Shown here: in pieces, positions 38,998 through 49,304 of the stretch
Numbering within the stretch: the stretch's first letter is position 1
Layout: each line of letters starts with the position of its first letter
Assembly (NCBI GenBank): GCA_965279045.1
Contig: CBDIHJ010000032.1
Location: forward strand, 290-64,289
Reading direction: 5' to 3'
Length of the DNA stretch: 64,000 nt
Origin: Henriciella sp.
GTDB lineage: Bacteria > Pseudomonadota > Alphaproteobacteria > Caulobacterales > Hyphomonadaceae
Translations under genes and position numbers: made by a program
Notes under the pieces: generated by a model
Databases searched by the model: none
What the model was told of the DNA's origin: nothing
Seen by the model: only the letters and a program-made list of their open reading frames with translations

Positions 38998-40545
38998 TTA
39001 AACGATGCGGCTATCTTTGTTGCCCCAATAGCGGTCCCGGACAAGGCGTTTGTAAAGTTTGCCGGTTGGATGCCTTGGTAAGGCCGGATCAAAATCGACG
39101 GAGCGCGGGCATTTGATTTTGGCCAATCGCTCCTGACAATAGGTGAGCAATTCTTCGGCGAGCTCGTCTGTGCCTGCGACGCCGTCCATAGGTTGGACGA
39201 CGGCCTTCACCTCTTCGCCAAATTCCTCATTCGGAACGCCGATGACAGCGACATCCGCGACCGCTGGATGTGTGATCAGGATGTTTTCCGCTTCTTGCGG
39301 ATAGACGTTCACGCCGCCGGTAATGATCATAAAGGCCTTGCGGTCGGTGAGATAGAGGAAGCCGTCTTCATCAATCTTACCGACATCGCCAAGCGAGGAC
39401 CAATCCGCATGCTTGGGATTGAGTGCGCCTTTGGTTTTCTCTGGATCATTGTGGTAGTTCGGCGGCGCCGTGCCGCCAAAATAGATCTGACCTTCTTCGC
39501 CGATGCCCACTTCGTCGCCATTGTCGTCGCAAATATGCAGCTCGCCAAAGATTGGGAACCCGACCGTGCCTTTATGGGCGAGCCATTGCTCAGAATTGGC
39601 CCAGGTCATGCCATTGCCTTCCGATCCGGCATAGTATTCTTCGATCACCGGACCCCACCATTCGATCATTTGTTCCTTCACCGGGATCGGGCAGGGGGCG
39701 GCCGCATGCACCGCCGCGATGAGGCTGGATACATCATACCTGTTTCGGACCTCTTCTGGCAGTTTCAGCATCTTCACAAACATGGTCGGCACAAGCTGCG
39801 TGTGTGTGACTTTATACTTCTCGATCAGCGCGAGATATTGCTCCGGATCAAACTTCTCCATGATGATCAAAGTCAGTCCGAATTTGGTCATCGCCATGCA
39901 CCATCGCAGCGGCGCAGCGTGATAGAGCGGGGCGGGGGAGAGATAGGTCTCGCCTTGGTCGGACTTGAATAAGGCTTGCGCAATCATGGTCAGCGCATTT
40001 GTCCCATCAATCGCGGGATCCTCAGGCAAAGGCGGTCGAATACCTTTCGGACGTCCTGTGGTCCCGGATGAATAGAGCATGTCGGATCCTGCTCGTTCAT
40101 CCGCGATCGGAGTTTCCGGCATTCCCGCGCGAACCCCTTCTAACGGCTCGCAACCGGCAATTGGACCGTCAATCGACCAATACGCTTCGAGGTCCGTGAC
40201 CGAAATGACCTCTTCGGCCACGGCCTTCAATCCAGCGGACGCGATCAGCAAACGAGACCCGCTATCTTTGACGATATACTCCACCTCCGGCGTGGTTAGC
40301 CGAGATGAGATACAAACAAAGTACAAGCCAGCGCGCTGCGCCGCCCAGCAAATCTCGAAATAGCGCGGACTGTTTTCTGCAAAGATCGCGAACGTATCGC
40401 CATGCTGAAGCCCGAGCGTGCGCAGGGCGTGCGCGATCTGATTGGACCTTGAATCGAGCTCAGCAAAGGTGACCACTTCACCACTGCTCCCCATAATATA
40501 AGCAGCTTTGTCAGGCGTCGATTTCGCGTGATGCGATGGATGCAT
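38998..40545 (-). CDS. Acyl-CoA synthetase (AMP-binding)
   Basis: MLYSSGTTGRPKG, PLYHAAP, YYAGSE, GDVG..DEDGFLYLTDR, LPRHPTGKL. Confidence 0.95.
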   Translation of the reverse strand: MHPSHHAKSTPDKAAYIMGSSGEVVTFAELDSRSNQIAHALRTLGLQHGDTFAIFAENSPRYFEICWAAQRAGLYFVCISSRLTTPEVEYIVKDSGSRLLIASAGLKAVAEEVISVTDLEAYWSIDGPIAGCEPLEGVRAGMPETPIADERAGSDMLYSSGTTGRPKGIRPPLPEDPAIDGTNALTMIAQALFKSDQGETYLSPAPLYHAAPLRWCMAMTKFGLTLIIMEKFDPEQYLALIEKYKVTHTQLVPTMFVKMLKLPEEVRNRYDVSSLIAAVHAAAPCPIPVKEQMIEWWGPVIEEYYAGSEGNGMTWANSEQWLAHKGTVGFPIFGELHICDDNGDEVGIGEEGQIYFGGTAPPNYHNDPEKTKGALNPKHADWSSLGDVGKIDEDGFLYLTDRKAFMIITGGVNVYPQEAENILITHPAVADVAVIGVPNEEFGEEVKAVVQPMDGVAGTDELAEELLTYCQERLAKIKCPRSVDFDPALPRHPTGKLYKRLVRDRYWGNKDSRIV

Positions 40546-40592
40546 GGCTCATTTCCTCCAGCAGTCTCTTGGGGACCGATTTACGAAGGAGA

Positions 40593-41396
40593 CTAGCTTG
40601 GCTGGACCACCTGTCCATTGGTGACTTCGGGAGAGCCCGGAACCAATTCTCGATAGGCGCGCCAGGTCGCCAAGCCGATCAGTGGGAAGATCAGGATTAG
40701 GCCGAAGAAAGCGGTCGCGATTCCAATCGCCGTAAGCAAGGCGATCAAAAAACCCCAAAGTAACATCGGTGCGAAATTTCGGGTTACGCTTCGGACGCTG
40801 GTAATGGTCGCGATAAAAACATCGGTTTTCGCCCCCAGCATCATTGGCGCCGAGATCACCACCAGCGAGAAGGCCAGGAAAGCCACCACGCCGCCAATGA
40901 TCGAGCCCGTAATCGCCATATTGAAGCCGTCGGTCGTCGTGAACATGAACGTTAGGAAGGCGGTGGGGTCGGTATGCATAACGGACGTCGATAACGCATA
41001 GACGATCTGCGCCAGCCGTGTCCAAAACAGGTAAATCAAGAACAGAGCGAGCCCGAGATAGGCAATATCCAAGCGGATGGCGCTGCGCACCAAAACGATA
41101 TCCGTGAGCCCTGGCACCTGGCCTTCTTCAAGCATACGGCCGCCTTCATAAAGCCCCATCGCGAGGATCGGGGCGACCAAGAAAAACCCGCCCGACAGCA
41201 CAAATACCCAAGCAAACGCGCCGCTAAAAACCAAGGCCCAAGCGATCATCGCGCTGATACCCGCCAGTACGATCCCATAGATCATGAAAGGGAGTGGAGC
41301 GCGTAAATAATCCTGCCACGCGCCGCTGAGCCATCGAAATGGAGCGTCCATGGAAATCGTGGCCACTTCAGGCAGTTTGAACGTTTGCTCAGTCAA
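40593..41396 (-). CDS. DUF2189 family integral membrane protein
   Basis: TTG start with a GGGAGG RBS; APFRWLSGAWQD, GFFLVAP..AMGLYE, P.IG.ATWRAYR. Confidence 0.85.
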   Translation of the reverse strand: MTEQTFKLPEVATISMDAPFRWLSGAWQDYLRAPLPFMIYGIVLAGISAMIAWALVFSGAFAWVFVLSGGFFLVAPILAMGLYEGGRMLEEGQVPGLTDIVLVRSAIRLDIAYLGLALFLIYLFWTRLAQIVYALSTSVMHTDPTAFLTFMFTTTDGFNMAITGSIIGGVVAFLAFSLVVISAPMMLGAKTDVFIATITSVRSVTRNFAPMLLWGFLIALLTAIGIATAFFGLILIFPLIGLATWRAYRELVPGSPEVTNGQVVQPS

Positions 41397-41482
41397 TTTT
41401 CCTCCCTGGACCCATCTTTGTGCGTGGGTCTCAGCGATGCAGGAAACCGGACTTTGCCGAAAACGCCTATCCGTATTCTTCC

Positions 41483-42460
41483 TTATGGACGAGGCGCGCC
41501 GCCATAATCGCTCAAACTCTTGGCTGTGCGGTGAAAGCGCAGGCGGTCGGCATAATCGAGCGGGTCTTTGGGTTTGACCAAGGCGTCTGGGGGCGTGTCC
41601 GTCCAATCCACCAACCGCGTGAGGAAGAAGCGTAAAGCCGCGCCTCGGCATAAGAGTGGAAAAGCCGCCATTTCGGCGTCAGAGAGTTTTCGAATACTCT
41701 GATACCCAGCGATCAAGTTTGCGCCTTTGGAGAAATTAAACGCCCCATCGGGCTCAAACGCCCAAGCATTGAGACAGACGGCGAGATCGTAAACGAGCGC
41801 GTCGGTGCAGGCGAAGTAAAAGTCGATGGCGCCGGTAAATGTATCTCCGAGAAAGAAGGCATTGTCCGGGAACAAGTCGGCATGAATGGTGCCGCGCGGA
41901 AGCGAGGCAAATGCGGCCTGATCTGAGGCAATGACCGCGAGATCGTGTGAGATCTTTTCCGCTAAACCGGGTTGGAGTTGTTCTGCGGTCTCGCTTCGAC
42001 CGGACCAAAGGCGAGGCCAGGCCTCGGGACCAAGATCGTTTTCGCGGATCTGAGAGAAACCTGACGCCGCCTCATGCAAGCGCGCCAATCCGATGCCCAG
42101 TTGGCGGCATTGCGCAGCGTTTGGAACGCGTGGAGAGAGGCCTTGCAGAAAGGTGATGATAACAGCTGGTCGCCCGGCGAGCTCTCGCAGCGCTGTGCCA
42201 TCCTTGCCCGCCACGGGGAGGGGGCACGAAAAACCATGCGCCGCCAAATGCTGCTTGAGCGCGATAAAATAGGGCAAGTCTTCTGGGTTCGCGCGTTTCT
42301 CAAACAGGGTCAGAATGTACCGACCTGCCGTAGTCTCGAGATAGTAGTTTGAGTTTTCGACGCCCTCAGCGATGCCTTTAAAGGCAATCGCCTCACCGAG
42401 CTCATACTCGGTGAGGAATTCTGCCAATTGATCGTCTGAAACGCTTGTATAGACCGCCAT
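41483..42460 (-). CDS. thrB: Homoserine kinase (type II)
   Basis: MAVYT, FKGIAEGVENSNY, ILTLFE, IHADLFPDN, IDFYFAC, AALRFFLTRL.DW, KDP. Confidence 0.96.
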   Translation of the reverse strand: MAVYTSVSDDQLAEFLTEYELGEAIAFKGIAEGVENSNYYLETTAGRYILTLFEKRANPEDLPYFIALKQHLAAHGFSCPLPVAGKDGTALRELAGRPAVIITFLQGLSPRVPNAAQCRQLGIGLARLHEAASGFSQIRENDLGPEAWPRLWSGRSETAEQLQPGLAEKISHDLAVIASDQAAFASLPRGTIHADLFPDNAFFLGDTFTGAIDFYFACTDALVYDLAVCLNAWAFEPDGAFNFSKGANLIAGYQSIRKLSDAEMAAFPLLCRGAALRFFLTRLVDWTDTPPDALVKPKDPLDYADRLRFHRTAKSLSDYGGAPRP

Positions 42461-42463
42461 AAA

Positions 42464-43984
42464 TTAGGCTGTAGCGGTCGACTCATCTGGCGTCCACAGG
42501 TCACGCTTCATCGAACGCCCAAGCAACAAGAAGTGCAGAGCCGCCCAGAACAAGAAGAGCAAGCCAAGCGAAATGCCCCAACGGACGCCGGCCTTACGGG
42601 CCGGGGCGCAATAGTTGGTATTGATCGCCAAAGCTTCTTCCAGCGCTGTGCCAGACAGAGCTCGGTCCGTGCCATCGCGCGTCGCTTTTAGGAGTGATTC
42701 CGTTGTTCCGCACTCCCCGATTGTGACGGGGGATTCCAAGGTTTTAAGCTCTTGCTTGGTGAAATGATCTGACATCGCGCCGATCACAGGTGGCCCAGCG
42801 CCATAGCCGATCAGGTTGACGACAAAGAGCAGGAGCGCCGCGGCGGTGGCGCGCATGCGCGGCTCGACCAGTTTCTGCGTGACCGCGAACATCGGGGCCA
42901 AATAGGCAAAGCGCAGGATTGCCGCCATAGCGAGCAGTGGAATAGCGATCGCGATCGCGGTCGCGCCTTCGCTAAACGCCAATGTGTTGTAGCCGAGGAT
43001 CGCAATCGGAACAGAGATGGCAAGGCCAAGAGCGGGCAACCAACTGTCCGAGTTTGGATGACGGGCACGCACCCGGTCGGCCACATAGCCTGATCCGAAC
43101 GTGCCGATGGCCGCAGCGATCCCGAGCACGCCCCCAAAAATCAAAGCGGCATCCTGCAGGCTCAAACCATGGACGCGGATCCAGAACGGCGGGACGAATT
43201 GGCCGACACCATAGCCGACGAAAGACGCAATCGCGCCGCCGAGACTGACATGCCAGAATGAAGGCATCCGCCCGACCACACCGAAGACTTTGAAGGGTGA
43301 CGGCATTTGGCGTGCGGCCGCGGCGGCAGCCCCACCAGGGTCGGAGAACCCGCGTGGAGGTTCTTTGACGGTCATCTTGAAAACGACCGCGAGCAGAACG
43401 CCGGGAACGCCCATAATGATGAAGGCATCCCGCCAGTTCATATTGGGCTGGCCCTCAATCCAGGCGGCGCCCAGTGCAGCAATCATGGTGCCCAAGGGGA
43501 TGCCGAGCGCGAAAATACCAAGCGCCGAGGCGCGCTTTTCTGGAGGAAAATAGTCAGAGATGAGTGAGTGCGAGGGCGGGGAGCATCCAGCTTCGCCAAC
43601 GCCAACCCCAACTCGTGCAAGGGCGAATTGAAACGTGTTCTGCGCCAAGCCACAAGCCACCGTCATGGCGCTCCAAGCAGCGAGCGCGATAGAGATGATC
43701 CAAGTTCGACTGCGGCGCTCTGCCAGCATCGCGAATGGAATGCCGAGCAAAGTGTACAGAATGGCAAAGGCGAGGCCTGAAAGGAGGCCGATCTGCAGAT
43801 CCGAGAGCGCGAACGTCTCTCGGATCGGTTCGCCTAACACGCTGATCAGTGAGCGATCGATGAAATTGAAAATGTAGACAATCAACAGCGCGAAAAGGAC
43901 ATAGGCCCGGTAGCTGGAGCTGCCATAGCCCTCAACTTCGCCGGATGCGGGCGTCGCGCTGGTTTCAGCGGTGGTGTCGCTCAT
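42464..43984 (-). CDS. MFS transporter, spinster-like (paralog 1)
   Basis: FNFIDR, GLAFAILY..LGIP, RVGVGVGEAGCSPPSHSLISDYFP. Confidence 0.93.
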   Translation of the reverse strand: MSDTTAETSATPASGEVEGYGSSSYRAYVLFALLIVYIFNFIDRSLISVLGEPIRETFALSDLQIGLLSGLAFAILYTLLGIPFAMLAERRSRTWIISIALAAWSAMTVACGLAQNTFQFALARVGVGVGEAGCSPPSHSLISDYFPPEKRASALGIFALGIPLGTMIAALGAAWIEGQPNMNWRDAFIIMGVPGVLLAVVFKMTVKEPPRGFSDPGGAAAAAARQMPSPFKVFGVVGRMPSFWHVSLGGAIASFVGYGVGQFVPPFWIRVHGLSLQDAALIFGGVLGIAAAIGTFGSGYVADRVRARHPNSDSWLPALGLAISVPIAILGYNTLAFSEGATAIAIAIPLLAMAAILRFAYLAPMFAVTQKLVEPRMRATAAALLLFVVNLIGYGAGPPVIGAMSDHFTKQELKTLESPVTIGECGTTESLLKATRDGTDRALSGTALEEALAINTNYCAPARKAGVRWGISLGLLFLFWAALHFLLLGRSMKRDLWTPDESTATA

Positions 43985-44072
43985 TCTGTTTCCTCCGTTT
44001 GGCGACCCCCAGACCGTCTATGCGATCTTTTGGGGGCTTTCGTCGCCGGTGTCGCGCAAAGGCGATCCAGGT

Positions 44073-45461
44073 TTAGGCTTTTAGCTTCGCCATATCTTTG
44101 TCGATGGTTCGCATTCCTAACAAGAAGAAAACGGCGCCAAGAACGAAAATGCTGACGACAAGAGACAGGCCTGTTCGAATGCCGGCGAGCTCTGCGCCCT
44201 GACATTGGGCCAATTGGCCTTCAAGGAGACCGTCGCCGAGTTTACATGCTTCCAGGGTCAATTCCGGGATCGCGGCGAGGTTACTTGCATAGAAAATGTC
44301 GATCATCGCGCCTGCGAACACAGGCCCGACGCCGTAGCCAATCAGGTTCACTACGAAAAGCAGAATCGCAATCGCGGTCGCGCGCATCCGGGCATTCACC
44401 ACAGAGCCTGAAATCGCATACATGGGCCCGAGATAGAAATACTGGAACAAGTTGGCGAAGAGGAGGACGATCAAAATCGGCCACGCGCCCGCCACCCAAT
44501 TCAGCGCGATCACTTGCAAAACAAAAGACAAGATAAGCCCGACGGCCGGAAGCCAGAAGGCTGACTTTCCTTTGAATTTGTCGGCTAGGGCGCCGCACAA
44601 CCAAGTGCCAACCGCGCCAATGAGGGCGAGCGGCGCTAAGAAAAAGAGTGCGGCCTGAGGGGCCGACATTTCGAACGCGAAGCGCAAAAACTTCATCACA
44701 AAGGTGACCAGCGCATAGCCGACGAAAGACGCGAACATGCCGCCAATCGCGACATACCAAAAGGTCGTGTTGCGCGAGAGAATTTTCAGCGTTTCGCCAA
44801 TCCCTGGCTGTTTCGGTCGGACGGTGCCGGGCTCATCGCTATACCCGCGTGGCGGCTCTTTGACGAAGAAAATGATACAAAGACCAATCGGGATGCCGGC
44901 GAGGCCGACCACAATAAAAGTCTGACGCCAATCAACATAGCCAAGCAACAAACCCACAAACAGCGCCGCGCCGAACGAGCCGATGGTAATCCCGGTCGAA
45001 TAGATGGAGAGCGCCGAGGCACGTTTGTCTGACTTATAATAGTCCGCGATGAGCGAATTGGCGGGCGGCGTGAGGCCGGCTTCACCAATCCCGACGCCAA
45101 GTCGGAAAATGAGCAGCATCACAAAGCTCGTCGCGACCCCGCAAAGCGCGGTCATGATGCTCCAAAAAATGATCGAAACACCAATGATGACGGTTCGATT
45201 ATACCGCTCCGCAAGCCGTGCAATGGGAATGCCGAGAAAGGTGTAAAAGGTGGCAAAGGCAATCCCGGTCAATAACCCGAATTGCAGGTTCGTCATGGGG
45301 ATATCTTGTTCGATATTGACCTGCAGATAGGAGATGATCACGCGGTCAACGAAGTTAAAAATGTACGCAATTAAGAGCGAACCCAGCACAAAGCTTCGAT
45401 ATCCAAAGCTGCCATAGCTTTGCCCGGTATTCACATTCGCCGCAGATGCGGTGTCGTTCAT
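44073..45461 (-). CDS. MFS transporter, spinster-like (paralog 2)
   Basis: FNFVDR, RLGVGIGEAGLTPPANSLIADYY, RMRATAIA. Confidence 0.93.
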   Translation of the reverse strand: MNDTASAANVNTGQSYGSFGYRSFVLGSLLIAYIFNFVDRVIISYLQVNIEQDIPMTNLQFGLLTGIAFATFYTFLGIPIARLAERYNRTVIIGVSIIFWSIMTALCGVATSFVMLLIFRLGVGIGEAGLTPPANSLIADYYKSDKRASALSIYSTGITIGSFGAALFVGLLLGYVDWRQTFIVVGLAGIPIGLCIIFFVKEPPRGYSDEPGTVRPKQPGIGETLKILSRNTTFWYVAIGGMFASFVGYALVTFVMKFLRFAFEMSAPQAALFFLAPLALIGAVGTWLCGALADKFKGKSAFWLPAVGLILSFVLQVIALNWVAGAWPILIVLLFANLFQYFYLGPMYAISGSVVNARMRATAIAILLFVVNLIGYGVGPVFAGAMIDIFYASNLAAIPELTLEACKLGDGLLEGQLAQCQGAELAGIRTGLSLVVSIFVLGAVFFLLGMRTIDKDMAKLKA

Positions 45462-45553
45462 TTTTGTTTCTCCCTAAAGACAAGCCCAGATGGAATTCGG
45501 ATTAAACGCCGGATGCACCAGTTCTATAGTGGTTCAAAACGTGGCGCCGTCCA

Positions 45554-47029
45554 CTATGTCGTCTCAACTTTCGCGACTAAGTCCTTCTCTAGGTACCGTG
45601 AGGACATCCAGAAACAGAAGGCGGCCACGATAAACCAAAGTGTGGTCACGGAAATCGATTGTTTAAGACCGGCAGAGCGACCGGACGCGCAACTTGCAAG
45701 TTGATCCTCGGTTAAACCCTCGCGTGCCGCGCAAATCGAGGCGCTCAGTCCTTCGCTGCTCAGGTTCATACCGGTGAAGACATCACTCATGATGCCAACG
45801 AATTGCGGTCCAATGCCATTTCCGATGATGGATACAATAATCAGCAGGATCGCGATCGCGGTCGCGCGCGACCGGACGGACACGACACCTTGGCCGATAT
45901 TGTATTGCGCACCGAGATAAGCGTAGTGACAGATCGCGGCGAGCCCCCAAACGATGAAAACAATGGTTAGGTCAGCGGCGTAAAATGCGTAAATGTAGAG
46001 TGGTACCGCCAGCAGAAGCCCAATCGCAGGGATCAGCGCTACTGCAGTGCTGAATCGATGTGAAAACTTGTCTGTGAGATAGCCGCCGAGAAAAGTCCCC
46101 ACCGCTGCGAGCGCAGAGAGCGGTGCGCCGAAATTGATGGAGGCTTCGCGGACGCCCAAACCATGCTCCCGAATGAGGAATGGAATTTGGAATGTGAACA
46201 AACCATACCCAACAAAAGCGACCAAAGCGGCGCCGGCAGACATCCACCAAAAACTCGGCTTTGAAGCGAGCTCTTGGAGGGTTTCTTTGGTCGAGGCTTT
46301 ATCGACTTTTTGAGCGTTCGGCGGATCGGAATAACCACGCGGGGGCTCTTGAACCGTCCACCAGAGGATGGCGCCAATGAGGACACCGGGAAGTCCAATG
46401 ACAACGAAAGCGATGCGCCAGCCTTCGACATTTTGCCAGTCAATGCCGGAGAACAAGCCCCCAACGCCGATCCCATCAAGCCAAGCGCCAAACGCCGGTC
46501 CACTCAGCTCCGCTAACGGTCCCCCAAAGAGATATGCAAGCACACCGCCTAAGGTGACCCCCATGGAGTAAATTCCGAGCGCTGTGGCGCGATGTTTTGC
46601 AGGATAATAGTCGCCGATGATTGAGTTCGCCGGTGGCGTACACCCGGCCTCGCCAATCGCAACACCAATTCGGAAAAGCATGAGTGTGATGAAACCCGCG
46701 GCGAGCCCGCAAAGGGCTGTCATCACAGACCACAAAACAATACAAATCACGATGATGTTGACCCGATTGAACCGGTCCGCCGCCATTGCAATCGGTAGCC
46801 CCATCACGGCATAAAAGATCGCAAAGGGCCAACTGGCCAATAGGCCGAATTGTGTGTCGCTTAGACTGAATGTGGTGATGATCGGTTCGGCTAAAACGCC
46901 AATCAGATTACGATCAATGAAATTGAGTGTGTAGACCACCATCAAAGCGAGAAGGACGTAGGTTCGGTATCCTTTGGACCCATAGCCGGTCTCGTGCCCG
47001 GCCTCCGCCGCGGTTGCGGTTGTGTTCAT
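45554..47029 (-). CDS. MFS transporter, spinster-like (paralog 3)
   Basis: LNFIDR, RIGVAIGEAGCTPPANSIIGDYYP, RSRATAIA. Confidence 0.93.
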   Translation of the reverse strand: MNTTATAAEAGHETGYGSKGYRTYVLLALMVVYTLNFIDRNLIGVLAEPIITTFSLSDTQFGLLASWPFAIFYAVMGLPIAMAADRFNRVNIIVICIVLWSVMTALCGLAAGFITLMLFRIGVAIGEAGCTPPANSIIGDYYPAKHRATALGIYSMGVTLGGVLAYLFGGPLAELSGPAFGAWLDGIGVGGLFSGIDWQNVEGWRIAFVVIGLPGVLIGAILWWTVQEPPRGYSDPPNAQKVDKASTKETLQELASKPSFWWMSAGAALVAFVGYGLFTFQIPFLIREHGLGVREASINFGAPLSALAAVGTFLGGYLTDKFSHRFSTAVALIPAIGLLLAVPLYIYAFYAADLTIVFIVWGLAAICHYAYLGAQYNIGQGVVSVRSRATAIAILLIIVSIIGNGIGPQFVGIMSDVFTGMNLSSEGLSASICAAREGLTEDQLASCASGRSAGLKQSISVTTLWFIVAAFCFWMSSRYLEKDLVAKVETT

Positions 47030-47136
47030 TCAATGCCTCCCAGGCAGCTCATCGGATTGAGCTTTTATCTTGAATGCGACGGTAATCCGCCCGCCATTCG
47101 GCGCAAGCCTTTTCGCAGGGGCAAATACAGGTTCGG

Positions 47137-47825
47137 TCAGATCAAGCCCTCTGTTTTGAAGCTCGTCACGCCATGTTTGGCCGCGATAAGATGGTCGTGA
47201 ACGGTGATTTCGAACGGCGCCAAAGCGTCGATAATCTCGCGCGTCATATCAATGTCGGTGCGCGATGGGGTTGGTCTCCGGACGGGTGATTGTGCACCAG
47301 GATGAGCGCAGATGCGGGCAGTTCTAAGGCGCGCCGCGCGATTTCGCGAGGATAAACCGGCGCGTGATCCACTGTGCCTTGGCTCATCAGCTCGTCACTG
47401 ATCAACTGGTTCTTACGGTCGAGAAACAGAACCCGAAATTGCTCTCGGGTTTCATGTTGCAGCTGCCGGCGGACATAAGCGAGGAGCGCGCTCCAGCTGG
47501 AAATGACAGGGCGGGCTTGGATCTGCTCACGCGACGTGCGGTCGCCGAGCTCAGACACGGTTTTGAGATAAGCTGCTACGGTCTCACCAACGCCATCAAT
47601 CCTCATGAGATCCTTCGGATCCGCGGCGATCACACCCGATAAAGACCCAAATCTTTTCAAGAGCGCCTTGGCGATGGGTTTGACATCGCGGCGTGGAATG
47701 AAGGCGAATAAAAGGGTTTCAAGCAGCTCATAATCGTCGAGCGCGTGGGCGCCGCGTTTCAGAAGTTTTGCTCGAAGTCGCTCCCGGTGTCCCTGCCAGT
47801 GCGGTTTGGCAGGTGAATGATTCAA
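47137..47825 (-). CDS. radC: RadC / JAB-domain protein, with an apparent 1-bp deletion near 47274
   Basis: GHRERLR, DYELLE, EQFRVLFLD, ILVHNHPSGD. Adding one C gives PTPSRTDIDMT..VHDHLI...SFKTEGLI*, with the stop at 47137. Confidence 0.9.
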
Positions 47826-48644
47826 GGGCTCACCGTATGTGGAGTGTGGAACCCTTTGGGCGATGCGGTAAAGATCTCGCAGCCATCTTTAGTGACCCCG
47901 ACAGAATGCTCGAATTGCGCCGAGAGCTTGCGATCCCGGGTGACTGCCGTCCAGCCATCGCTCAAAATTGCTGCATCTTTCCGACCGACATTCAGCATCG
48001 GCTCAATGGTGAAGAACATGCCTTCTTTGAGTTCCGGTCCCGTGCCTGCGCGGGCGCTGTGCACAACATTGGGTTCATCGTGAAAAAGTTGACCGAGCCC
48101 GTGGCCGCAAAAGTCTTCAACGACAGAGAACCGGTTTTTCCGGGCAATATCAGAGATCGCGGCGCCGATATCGCCAAACCGGTTGCCAGGTTTCACCGCA
48201 GCGATGCCCGCCATCAAAGCCTCGTAGGTGACGTCCATCAGTCGCGATGCGATGCGCTTTGGCTCTCCCGCGGCATACATCCGAGAATGATCGCCATGCC
48301 AGCCATCGACAATCACGGTGACGTCAATGTTCGCGATGTCGCCATCTTTCAGCGCGCGATCTCCCGGAATACCGTGGCAGATGACGTGATTGAGCGAAAT
48401 ACAAGAAGCGTGGCGATAGCCGCGATAGCCAATCGTCGCGGACTGCGCACCATGAATCGTAGACAAATTCGCGGATTAAATCGTCAATATGACCGGTGGT
48501 GACGCCAGGTTTAACTTCGTCGACGAGCATATCCAGGCACTGAGCAACCAGGCGGCCAGCTTTGCGCATGCCTTCAAATCCGGCTTCATCATGAATTCGG
48601 ATTTCGCCGGTGCGCATCGGCAACATGATATCAGCTTCACTCAT
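47822..48644 (-). CDS. map: Type I methionine aminopeptidase, with an apparent 1-bp insertion near 48456
   Basis: N-terminal part MRKAGRLVAQCLD..PGVTT; C-terminal part CISLNHVICHGIP, NIDVT, GDHS, FCGHGLG..FH, FTIEPM, SAQFEH. Removing one T fuses them (EFVYDHGAQSAT). Confidence 0.93.
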
Positions 48645-48827
48645 CGGCCCTGTACTTTCTAAACGTTTGCCCGCTGGTCCCTGTATATATGACAGCGAAT
48701 GACAGAAACTACCAGCCACAAGCTGATTACACGTCTTGCGGCGCCGTAGAACTTTACAGAACACGTCCGGCTTGTATCGCATTGCGCTACCGCCAGAGCG
48801 GCTTAAGGGTGATACGGGGAGTTATTC

Positions 48828-49249
48828 ATGTATCGCCTTGTTTATGTCAGTACCGCTCAAGATAGCGTCGACGCTACGCAAATCGGCGATATTTTGGATG
48901 TGTCTGTATCCAACAATCATGAGCGCATGATTACAGGCTTTCTGGCCCATAATGGTCGCCATTTTTATGCAGGCCTTGGAGGGTGATCGCGACGAAGTTT
49001 CAGAGATTTACGATCGCATTACCAAAGACCATCGTCATTTTGGCGTGGTTCAAATCATTGGCGAGAATATCAGTGAACGGGGCCTTCCCTAACTGGGCGA
49101 TGAACTATTTTCGCGTCGACGACCCCAAGGGAAACGCGATGATCATCAAGCATGATGACCCGGTCGACGGCTTGCTGCCGAAAGAAATGCCGCGTGAGCT
49201 GCTGCATCTCTTCACGCGGTTCATGCATATCGAAACCCAGCCCGCGTAA
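48828..49249 (+). CDS. Short BLUF-domain blue-light photoreceptor, with two apparent homopolymer frameshifts (~48965, ~49080)
   Basis: GGGGAG RBS. Manual translation: MYRLVYVSTA...ILDVSVSNNHERMITGFL..NGRHF / MQALEGDRDEV..IYDRITKDHRH / AFPNWAMNY. The BLUF Tyr, Asn, Gln, Trp and Met residues are present. Confidence 0.85.
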
Positions 49250-49304
49250 ACGCATTAGCAACGGCTTTCTGCAAGTGTGCCCGGCAAAGTGTACGGGGGT
49301 CCTC

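Noticed and set aside
47822-48644. map (and DAHP synthase, radC) as true pseudogenes or programmed frameshifts
   Set aside because: Catalytic motifs are intact on both sides of each break, no canonical slippery heptamers are present, and single-base fixes restore full-length proteins.
48749-48762. GAAC-N6-GAAC, a possible alphaproteobacterial LexA box between map-radC and BLUF
   Set aside because: The spacer is 6 rather than 7 nt. It would fit only if a T were missing from the TTT run, which cannot be shown without reads.
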